Shown: one piece after another, positions 28,376 to 39,347 of the stretch | Layout of the letters: every line of letters starts with the position of its first letter | How positions within the stretch are numbered: the stretch's first letter is position 1 | Source of the DNA: Octopus vulgaris | Taxonomy: Eukaryota | DNA length: 64,000 nucleotides | Direction: 5' to 3' | Assembly (NCBI GenBank): GCA_951406725.2 | Contig: OX597815.1 | Span: 136,276,001-136,340,000 of the forward strand | Notes under the pieces: generated by a model | Seen by the model: the letters and a program-made list of their open reading frames with translations, nothing else | Told to the model about the DNA's origin: nothing | The model's database searches: none | Program-made: the position numbers and the translations under genes

Positions 28376-28400
28376 ATTATTATTATTATTATTATTGTTA

Positions 28401-28452
<52 letters not shown>

Positions 28453-29558
28453 CATCATTGTTATTACTATTAGTTTGTTGCTGTTGTTGTTGTTGTTGTT
28501 ATCCTATTGCTACTAAAGAATAATTGCTGTTACACTATTTACTTTTATTTTTCATTTCTTGATTTTAAGTTTTGCTGGAGTGTGAAAATCATAACTAGAA
28601 AATTCGATTAAATTTACTCAGCACAATCTTTAGTAACTATGTTTTTGCAAGAAATGATTAGTTTAAAATTCCAATATACTTTTTCTACAACCTTTCATGA
28701 ACTCCATCTCAGAAAGAAACTGAATTTATCCTTCTGTGCAATACTTATAAAATGCAATACTTATAGAAAATATTGCCTGTGTTGTAGTAATTTAGATCCA
28801 TGTTATACGCACTCCAACCCATTAGCTGCTGTAAAATCTTTTTGATATAGTTTAAACATTATTGTGTGAAACCCGACTACATAGTCTTCGACATTTGTCT
28901 GACATATTCTCTTGGTATTTCTAGAATTTTCGGTTTCTCCAGCTGTTATCAAAAGTAATGAAAATAAGAGTAATAAACCTAGCAAATTAAATGCCTGTAG
29001 TCTGGAATTTAGATATTTTCAAATTTTAAATTACTGTAGGTGATATTTCATCGTCTGTATTTACGATAATGGTGATAAGTTTGAGTTATTCATAAAATAT
29101 CAAAATACAACAGAAAATCGTTTGACACAAACAGCTGAACATTCCTGTTACTATTCGCGTGAGAAAATATCTGCCAACGGGTCAATGGGTCGTGTTTCAT
29201 AACCAGTACTGAGCAGTGCTCATGGTCAGGGCAGAAACCGACGCTGACTAACTTCATTCATTTGCAATTAGTTAATAATCATATGTAACAATACTAAACC
29301 GATTTCATGAAAAAAGAGGCAGCTGAAAATATTTTATTGTAGAAAATAAAACTGTTCATAAAAGATTCCATCCCAAGACCTACAGTAGTTTTTGTCTCGG
29401 AGTTTTTCATTAACTGTACACTGTTTGTCAGGTTGACTCGCATGTTTGTTTAGCATAAGGCATCATTTAGTACAACCATCACACGCTACAAGCTCCCATC
29501 CAACAGTCTATTAGAATCGTTTACATCTAATAGACTGCAGATTTTCAGGTTTGAGACT

Positions 29559-29658
29559 NNNNNNNNNNNNNNNNNNNNNNNNNNNNNNNNNNNNNNNNNN
29601 NNNNNNNNNNNNNNNNNNNNNNNNNNNNNNNNNNNNNNNNNNNNNNNNNNNNNNNNNN
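29559..29658. other. Assembly gap (100 N)
   Basis: Run of N. Confidence 1.
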
Positions 29659-30109
29659 AATGTAAGGCGGAGAGAGGGAGGAGGACTTCAATGACACAGA
29701 GGGTGGGGTGAATAGAGCTAGAATAAGTAAAACAGAGAGAAGATGGAAGAAAACTAAAATCAAGGTTACTGTGGTTAAAGGATACACCGATAGTGATCAG
29801 AAAGCATACTAGGCAAACTTTTGATCAATTAGAGATAGTAGTTGGCAATGCAAAGAGACAGGAAGGGAGAAGTAATTAACTAAAGGAATTGAGGTGAGGT
29901 AGCAAAAGAAGGTATACTGAGATAGGGGGAAAGGTCGAAGGAGAGAAGAGAAAGAATATGTTGCAAGCGTAGCTAAGTAATAAGTAAGAGTTTAACCATA
30001 AATAAGAGAAATCATAACGACTTTACGTAATGGGCAAAGGTTGAATAAAATTTATGCTTACACGAGAAGGTTACGCCAAAGAACAGATTGAGTAACTCGG
30101 TTTTATCAT

Positions 30110-30423
30110 GACAAAGGTTAGCGCATGTTTCTCTGCAACACAACTTACAAACACGATGGTTAGTATTACAGGCGGAAACTTCAACAACTAGGGATCAGAG
30201 TAAGGTATAGGAAACATTGTGAGACTTAAAGGTTGTGTATATATGTAACTAAGGAGGAAGAAAATCTAGAGGTGTTCTTTGAAAATGAATTCATGCGATC
30301 CCGGTAGTGGAGCTTGAAATCAACCGTTTCACCAATGTAGACCCTAGCTTGATGGAGCTGCTGGTTATTTCTCAACATATATATTTGTGACGATGTGGCG
30401 TAGAATGAGCATCCAACACACAC
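30110..30423 (-). pseudogene. Degraded PLE GIY-YIG endonuclease
   Basis: 'VYIGETVDFKLHYRDRMNSF...SSSLVTYIHNL' followed by 'CNTNHRVCKLCCRE'. Confidence 0.65.
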
Positions 30424-31499
30424 AGTTGGGAGGCCCGGGAATCACAGGTTTTTCCACTAGAGGTGGGCTTAGGATCAATACCTATTCTGATCTGATTCAT
30501 ATCATCCATTACACTCGAAGTAGGACTGATGTTACCTTTACCAGTACGGGGCCGAGGAGTGCATCACCACTGTCACATGTGGTAAAGTTGCTGATAGTAG
30601 AGGATATAGTACCAGGGTTGCTTTTATAAAAAAGGATAAGATTCCTGCGGCTCATAGTATTAGTATCTGGCGAGCGAGGGTGACATCCAGGTGGATAGTT
30701 TGTTGTGCCCAGAATAAGGAGCCTTAGTTTGCGCACTTGGCAGAGGCAATTACAGATCCAAAGTTTGGTGTTGTAGAGCATAGGATTTTAATCGAAGCTT
30801 CTTTGGTATTTAAGGTGAGCTTATGATATTGAAAAAATAACTAAGGCAAAGATTAAACCTGGAGAGAGTATGGTGGCCCACCACGTATGATCCCTCGCTT
30901 TCTGCAACACATTAATGATCACATCTGTGATATCTTCCACAGAAATGTGACATAATCGATATTTCCGATTGCATCTTTGGGCCCCAAGGGCTGCACTATC
31001 TCTTTCATGCATTAGGTATTTTGAAGCAATTACCTGTTACAGTATTGCAGGTGCCTAGCCTTCGAAGTATGATGTGATACAACGATCGCGAGTCCAAGCA
31101 AGTCTCCTCTTTATATGGATATTAGTAATACGCTCTAATATTAGCGAAACATACACATACATAATAATAGTTTGATATGCTGAGCGCTTTACACCTTGGT
31201 CGTATTTGAGGCATGCTAATGCTGTTATTTTGCAGTTATATGAGAGGTTATCTGGAAGAGGATACCTCTTGGAGGAGTTCGCTGTCGTCTTGTAGGATAA
31301 TGTTCTCTTCACTTGTCAGCGGTTAGTTTATACATTTATTTTTGCTCTTGCCATGCTATACGGTATTCAAAGCTTGACTGCACTGGTTGGATTTTCTACC
31401 TTCTCTGTGGCTGTTTAGATAGAGCCTGTCGATATCACTTTTCCAGTTGATCCAGTATTGCACATGCTACTTTTAGCAGTGAGACTGAAAATTTATTGT

Positions 31500-31790
31500 A
31501 GGCCATTGTCGTATGATTTGAGGACAGCTCCGACAGAGATATTTTTCTTTAATCTAGTATAATAATCTCGGCAGGCTGTCATTGTTCAAACCACCTCTGT
31601 ATGGTACGTTTTCATCAGTGCCTAAGTGTTTGTAATGTTCTTTATTTGGTACAGGAGAGATAGTGTGACTGTTAATGTACAAATTCTGCGTTTGAGACAG
31701 GGGTTTTCTATATTCAGTAATCAAATGTAAACACTTCTTTTGTCCAAATTCCATTCCTAACTTAGCTGAAAATGTAACTAATATCTATAA
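31500..31790 (-). pseudogene. Degraded R4/Dong-type RT fragment
   Basis: 'MEFGQKKC...YKHLG' parallels 'MQFGLDKC...YKYLG' in the 25628-27082 ORF. Confidence 0.6.
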
Positions 31791-33589
31791 TATCTATAAT
31801 ATCTTCGGATCACAGTTGTAAGCATGAGAGGTAATACCCGGGACTTTGTGTTCTTCTGAATAACAGTGATTAAAATAGCAGGTAGTTTTGACAGATATTT
31901 CAGCATGAGAGTGGAAGAGATCCGAATGTTTTCCTATTATCAAGTCATACCGTTACAAGTTTCCTGAAGTGCTTTCTAACTTCTAACAGCAGAGATTTTT
32001 TTTTTATCAAAGGTTGTTCGGCACATTCGGACACTACCTCTTTCAAACTGCTTGCCCATCAGTCTGTATATTTTTGAATTCACATGTAATGTACATACAC
32101 GTACATTCCGGCCTATACACACACACACACACACACGTTACGGTAGCGTATGCTGCATTCAGTTATTTCCTATAATGCTATATTGGTACTGTGATGTACA
32201 ATTAACGCATAACAATGATCATCTAACCACCTACATCCGTTTTATGCGCAAAGAAAAAAATTAATTATTTCTTTGGTTATATAACATTAGCCATTATTAT
32301 TTCGTAATTTATGTGCACTTATACGAACGATATATATCTCAAATGATCAGTATTTCTCTTTTTATTCAGTTGGTTTACATTCTCAGAATTATTTGCTTGT
32401 ATATCAGTGGTTATAATCCTGGAACACTCTTTCTACATTTTCTCCTTCGATGGTCACCACACTAGTTATGTGTATTAACTACACTATCGATATTATATAC
32501 TTATATCGAACAGGCTGGTATGTTTGGACAGTCGAAAATACAATCGAATTCGATCATTTTACTTTTGAACTGATAACAAATTAAAGCTCTAGTCTGCTGT
32601 AAAAATATACTTTGCACTCTTACTCAGATGAAGCCACTAAAATGAAAACCTATTTCCCAGTAGTATTGATGATACAGTACTTCATGACATCGCAATGTAC
32701 GTACTGTTATCTACTTAGTCTGACAGCATCACTAGCAATACATTAATATTTGTGTCGCCTATTCATAGTGTTAAGTTACATTATTAGAGATAGCATTATG
32801 AGACCAAAGGCTGGTCGTGTTTACTGTAGCAATTTAAAGAAAAGAGTTTAAAAATACGTATTGGGTTTATTGCTATTATTTAAATGTACGAATCGTATTT
32901 GTATTTGCTGTCAGCTATTATTGTGGGTCAAAATATTTGGTAAGAGTCACAAGGGTTAACCCCACACTCACTAATCACTGCACACACACTCACACAAACA
33001 CACACACATAAATATATGAAGTGCATGCAACCGACATTTCTTAAACCCTACTTTTTTTCTGTTTATTGATTTTTCTTGTAATTAGTCTTATAGTCTAAGT
33101 GATAAGGTATATATGACAACGTAAGCTAATACAACTCGCAAAACGCTTAAGCTAATTTATTCTCCTTTCTCAAACGTTTTCTATGCTATTTCTGAACCAT
33201 GTTGACAAAATCGACAAACTCACACGCAATGATTAGATATGATATTGAAGTGTATAAGCCTTTAGATATTCATGGTGTTGGGAACTTGGTACAATGATGA
33301 TTTAAACTAAGCCAATTAGATTACTTTGATCTTTTCTAAGAGCAGCATTAAAGCTAGAAATCTTAGCAGCTGATTGCTTGTACGTTGTGGTTATTTTCAT
33401 AAGATACACTTTAAATAGAATACAAGCTTTATCTTTCTATTTAGTCTGAGAAAATGTCGAAGAACATGTTCTCCGGCGAATATTTTTCAACAAAAAGAAC
33501 TTAATACTGTTTTATGTTTATTTGCAATTATGTTAGGTAAGTTCCATAACTCCTTTTATCAATTTCCATTGTGTTTTAATATATTGATT

Positions 33590-33800
33590 TCAAATTTGGG
33601 TACACGGTCAGAAAGTTCAGATGAGACGTTAAATCGATGTAATCGACACTAGTTTTCAATTAGCACTTATTTCATCAACCCCGAAAGGATGAAAATCAAA
33701 GCCGACCTCGGTGGAACTTGAACTGTGACCGAAAGGACAGACGAAATCCCGCTAAGCGTTTTGCCCGCCGTGCTACCGATTCGGCCAACTCGCTGTCTAT
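33590..33800 (-). mobile_element. SINE family C copy
   Basis: Reverse-complement family C core. Confidence 0.65.
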
Positions 33801-34341
33801 TTATGTTTTGATACACATCCTTATATATGATACACTGCTCTAAATTTCAACATTATTTACAACTTATATCATGTAACACATGTATTGGTGTAAATCTAAA
33901 TGTGAGATACATTGCAGCAGTATTATCTCAGCCCCGCCTACTTCTGCAAAAGTAAATTAAAGTGACATATTAATAATTGTCAAATATTTAAACCATCCGA
34001 ATCTCGTATTATGTTAATTTGTAGACAAGGTTTAATAATGATGAAATGAGTTTATAAGTCATTTTCTTGGGATAATTTCAATGATATTCATTTGAACTAT
34101 CAATTCAAATCGAAAATCATAAACGCTTTCCAATATTGAGATGAATTACTGGGTTAATTGTTTAATGCTCGGAATATTCTACTATGTTACCAACTTCTTT
34201 TGTTTAATCTCGAAAGTAATTTTACAGAAAAATAATATTTTGCAAATGTTACAACACTATATCTATAATATTGTCTATAGTTTAACGGGCAGGTGAGATA
34301 AATAGTACATATTTCTTTTTAAACGAGAATCATAAATTTTA

Positions 34342-35195
34342 CGAGGTGGTATCTAAAAAGTCGAGGAGTAGCTATGATTAATAAAATATAACTTATTGAC
34401 CTAGTTTTAACATTATTTCCTTCGAGCCGTACACCGGTCCCAGCATTGCTGCCACTTTTGGAATCCGACCTTGAAGTCAATTTCCGTAAGCGAGTCGAGG
34501 ACTTTCTGTGATTCGCTCTAGATCTCGACAACGGTGCTAAAGCGGTGATCTTTGAACTGCATTTTCATCTAGCGAACAGAGCGATTGCGGAAGCGATACC
34601 ATGTTTTTGGTGAGAAATCCACGTGTGAGAAGAGCTCGCTGACAATGGGCATTGTCCTCGTGAAGAATCTAATTCTTCACACCGCACAGAGCCGGTCGCT
34701 TTCGCCGAATGTCCTTTCTTAAAAGCCTCAAAACTTAGCACTAGAACTCTCGAGTGAGGATCTGGCCCTGGGGAACAAATCCTCGTTGCACAATACCGCA
34801 AATATCGAAAAAAAAAAACGAGGAGTATAATCTTAATAGATCTGCAGCTTTGTCCTGCGCCCGTACCTCTCGAAAAATTGCGTCTGATCCATTGCTTCCT
34901 CGCCATAAGGTTGCCGAGCATGGCCACTGTTTCTGTACAAAACTTACGAAGCTTAACAAAAAATTTTCTGCTGGTTCCTTGTTCCTACTTCCTCTCCATG
35001 ACAAAAAATCGTATACTTAAGAATACAGATGATCACAAAAACACAAATTTCACGACTTGCGTAGTATACACAGCAACGTCACTCGGCACACTACCTCATG
35101 GAGGCCACTACTATCTGTCATTGCGAACGCAACCGTGTGCTGTCATCTGTTGGCGCGCTACAGAAATTGTCCGGGAGCTTTATGATACCATCTCA
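34342..35195 (-). mobile_element. Mariner-type non-autonomous element
   Basis: Imperfect TIRs CGAGGTGGTATCTAAAAAGT and GCTTTATGATACCATCTC, with an interior resembling decayed mariner transposase. Confidence 0.6.
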
Positions 35196-35334
35196 AATTT
35201 TGATACAACTAATGCCATGAATATACTTTTCTAATGATCCTTTCTACTATAGACACCAGGCTTGAAATTTTGGGAGATTTTTTTTCCGGAACAGTAATGA
35301 TTCTGCAAGCACGCAGCCTTTATTATTATTACAA

Positions 35335-35760
35335 TATTGATTTTCAAATTTTGACCTCGGCAATTTCGAGGTGGAGTGAAGTCGATTACATCAATCCCAT
35401 CGCTTAACTGCTATTCTTTCATCGACACTAAAATGATAAAAGGCAACGAGGACCTTGGCGGAATTTGAACCCAGCAACAAAGGTGGGCGAAATATCATTA
35501 ATCATTTTAGCAATTGTTCCAGCTCGTCGGCTTATGTTTTGAATTAATATTTTCTAATGTAGGCGCAAGGCCTGATATTTTAGGAGACAGGGTAGTCGAT
35601 TACATCGGCGCCAGTACTTGACTGGTACTTATTTTATCGAACCCTGAAGGATGAGATGTAAAGTCAAGCTTAGCGAAATTTCAACTCAGAACGTGAAGAC
35701 GGACGAAACGCCGCGAAGCATTTTGCCCGACATGTTAATGATTCTCTCAGCTGCCACCTT
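35335..35760 (-). mobile_element. Tandem SINE family C copies
   Basis: Two reverse-complement cores with heads ending in ...GCTGCCACC. Confidence 0.65.
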
Positions 35761-35763
35761 AAT

Positions 35764-35824
<61 letters not shown>

Positions 35825-35830
35825 TAAAAG

Positions 35831-36400
35831 CCCTGATGCAGTACTAAATGCCCTCATGCAGTACCAATGCCCTCATGCAGTACCAGGCAGTGGCTCTCAT
35901 GGCTTCTGATCTTAACTGATTGGAAGTGTTATCATGTACATTGTTTTGTCAAATATTCTGCTCAATACCACAGATTTGCTTGTCAGTTGTTTGACCTTAA
36001 CCAGTTGACCATGTCCCTTAGTGGCTGACGATATGTGCATCTCTGATCACGAGCAGAAGTAGTGGGGGAGAATCATAGCCATGTATTGAGAGGGATTCTT
36101 TGGGGTTTGAATAATTCACTTCTGGAAACGTGGGTGTTTCCTTCAACATCCTTAAACAACCCTTATTCAGGAATCTTTTGAGCGGGATGGGTTACTCGAC
36201 AAGAAGAAAATTCTAACTGGGCCTCACCTGCAAGGTCATGTGCTGTTTATCTTGATATTAGATCACCATGTCGCGCACTATTGGTTGTGATGCATGTGCC
36301 TAGTGTACCCTTATTAGACGGGTAGTCATGATGGGTATACCGGGCTTTGTATATGTTACCCCAGTGTCACTTTGATGGCATGCACTCCTCTCTCACTCAA
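35831..36400 (+). mobile_element. Complete copy of the ~550-bp (TAA)n-flanked repeat
   Basis: Homologous to 1-400, with (AAT)n upstream, AAT/ATG repeats downstream and a triplicated 5' end. Confidence 0.8.
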
Positions 36401-37014
36401 TAAAAATAATAATGATGATGATGATGATGGTGCTGCTGCTGATGATGATGAAGATGATGATGATGGTGATGATGATGATGATGCTGATACAGGCTCTAAA
36501 CATGCAATTTAGGGTCACACATTTAGGAAGTGGAAATGGTTTGTCAATTAAATCGATGCTAATTCCTGGTAGGTGTATATTTCATAGATCCCGTGAAGAT
36601 GACAGTAAAACTTAAACCGTGTTGGACTCGGCAACAAAGCGCAAAGTTTATGAACGAATGTAGCAGCCAAAGCATTTCCGATAAATCAACGATTTGCTAG
36701 TCAACTTACCTGTCAAAATGAGTATGATATTCCTCGTTTTTTGTAGTATTACATTTCATTAGATAGATAACATGTATTATCGATTGACTGGTAATTAGTA
36801 TTTACAAACACTTGATATAATTTATGAAAGAGATTAACGTCAGTGTCGATCAGTTGTGAACTTAGTATCGAGTGAGACTAAAATTAATCACTACAGTACA
36901 TTTACTACGGCGCACTTTTACATCTTACATAACAAATATACACAAGCTTTCTCGTAACTGCCTGGTATGCACATACACACACACATACATACGTGTATAT
37001 ATATATATATATAT

Positions 37015-38046
37015 ATATATAAATTAATAAATAAAATATATGCATACATACATATATGTACGTAACTACATCTACATGTATATATACATGCATATATAAA
37101 TATATATATGTGAGTACAGGACACCACAAATAGACGTAGAACTCAACGAGAAACGAAAACGTAAAAACAAACATGGAAACGAACATTTTTTAACAACGAT
37201 AAAACAGAGAACAAGACAAACAATACAAGGAAAATTCCCCTTCATCAGCTGTCCCTTGTTCGACTCCGTGCGTGTTTCGAAGGTAAGGACAGAACACGAC
37301 TCGTCAAACTAGCCCTTCCTGCGAAAGAATTAAATAAAATTCCTTTGCCAAGGGGTAAAAACAAGGAAAGAAAAAAATGTGACAAAAACAGGACGTAAAA
37401 ACAATACAAATAAAAAACACAAATACTAAATAAAAATACAAATACAAAAAAATACAGTACAAGTAAAGAATAAAAACAGGACAAGGAAACAAACATTGAG
37501 GGCCTTTTTTTAGCCTAGACGATAGAAAAATTCAAGAGCGCAGGAAAAAAGCATGTTCACTTGTAGGAGGCCGCCAGCGAAAGGAAGTGGTCGACTCGGC
37601 TGTGTGAGAGATGAGGAGGAGTGAGAGAGAGAGAAAGAGAGGAAAGGAAACCAGAAAGGGTGAAAAATAAGAAGGAGAGAGACAGGCAAAGAGGAAGACA
37701 GACAGGAACGAAGGGAAGGTCAAGCAAAGGGTTACAGAGTTTCGCGTCATAATTATATATAAAAACGAAACGACGCGAGGGAGCTCAGTGATGCAATAAA
37801 TTAATAAATAAAATATATGCATACATACATATATGTACATACCTACATCTACATGTATATATACATGCATATATAAATATACATATGTGAGTACAGGACA
37901 CCACAAATAGACGTAGCCTGTACTCACATATATATATTTATATATGCATGTAGATGTAGGTACTTACATATATGTATGCATGTATGCATATATTTTATTT
38001 ATTAATTTATTGCATTACTGAGCGCCCTCGCGTCGTTTCGTTTCTT
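37015..38046 (-). mobile_element. Non-autonomous PLE-type element (partial tandem plus inverted segment)
   Basis: Direct repeat 37020-37140 / 37797-37917 (777-bp period). An inverted copy at 37918-38045 mirrors about 37762-37898. Has (TA)n flanks and an internal HHR. Confidence 0.75.
37237..37312 (-). ncRNA. Non-circularly permuted hammerhead ribozyme
   Basis: Minus strand reads CGTG-TT-CTGTCCTT-A-CCTTC-GAAA-CACG...AGGGACAG-CTGATGA-AGGGG. Confidence 0.7.
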
Positions 38047-38102
38047 TTCTGTTCTCCAAGTAAGTTTATATATATATACATATATATAGATTGTTAGCCA
38101 CT

Positions 38103-38186
<84 letters not shown>

Positions 38187-38238
38187 GGATAGTTAGCTAC
38201 TACACACATTATTTTCTCTCCTTGTTTTTTCTGTGTCC

Positions 38239-38274
38239 CTTTCTGTAGAAGAGCCTAGGCTTGAAACGTAAAAG
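38239..38274 (+). ncRNA. Minimal hammerhead-like motif with CUGUAGA core
   Basis: CTTT-CTGTAGA-AGAGC-CTAG-GCTT-GAAA-CG-TA-AAAG. Confidence 0.5.
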
Positions 38275-38357
38275 ACTTTTTCTAATCCTGAGCGTTATAC
38301 TAATACATCTATTTGTTTTGTACACCATCTTCGTCTTTTTTTTTCGTAAACTCTCCC

Positions 38358-38391
<34 letters not shown>

Positions 38392-38419
38392 TACATTCTT
38401 TCTTTTTCTTGTACTTTTT

Positions 38420-38630
38420 TCATTCATTTGACTGCGGCCATGCTGGAGCACCGCATTTAGTTGAACAAATTCGTTGGACTTATTCGTTGTAAACCTACTA
38501 CTTACTCCATCGGACTCTTTTGGCGAACTGCGAAGTTATGGGGACGTAAATACATCAAGATCAGTTGGCAAGCAATGGAGGCGATCAAACATAAAGACCT
38601 ACACACATATGCACGTATACATACATATAT

Positions 38631-38686
<56 letters not shown>

Positions 38687-38866
38687 AGATCGTTAGCCAG
38701 TACACACATTTTTTTCTCTTCTTGCTTTTTCTGTGTCTCTTTCTGTAGAAGAGCGTAGGCTGGAAACGTAAAAGACTTTTTCTATTCCTAAGCGTTATAC
38801 TAATACATCTGTTTGTTTTGTTTTGTACACCACCTGCCTTCATCTATTGTTTTTTTCGTAAACTCT

Positions 38867-38921
<55 letters not shown>

Positions 38922-39075
38922 ACGAGCTTCTTTCAGTTTCCGCCTAGAAAGTCCACATACAAGGCTTTGGTCGATGCCATACTAGAAGACACTTGCTCAA
39001 GATGGCGAGAAGTTGGAGTGAACCCGGAACCATTTGGTTGGGTAGCAAGCTTTTTACCATACAGACAAGCATGCG

Positions 39076-39080
<5 letters not shown>
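38420..39080 (-). mobile_element. tRNA-derived SINE family A, with a PLE-type repeat inserted in its internal (TA)n
   Basis: Homologous to 2334-2605. The tRNA-like head is at about 39000-39080. Confidence 0.75.
38738..38775 (+). ncRNA. Second CUGUAGA hammerhead-like motif
   Basis: TCTTT-CTGTAGA-AGAGC-GTAG-GCTG-GAAA-CG-TA-AAAGA, exactly 500 bp after the first copy. Confidence 0.45.
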
Positions 39081-39155
<75 letters not shown>

Positions 39156-39297
39156 GTATACTTATGGCAGTATTCACATTGATATGAAGGAAGGGGCACA
39201 ACTCCATGGATTTAAATATTTGAAGAGACTCACGAAATAAATTAACTACATTTGTTAAGAAATTGACATTCTTATATTTACTCACACGCATACTTCA

Positions 39298-39347
<50 letters not shown>

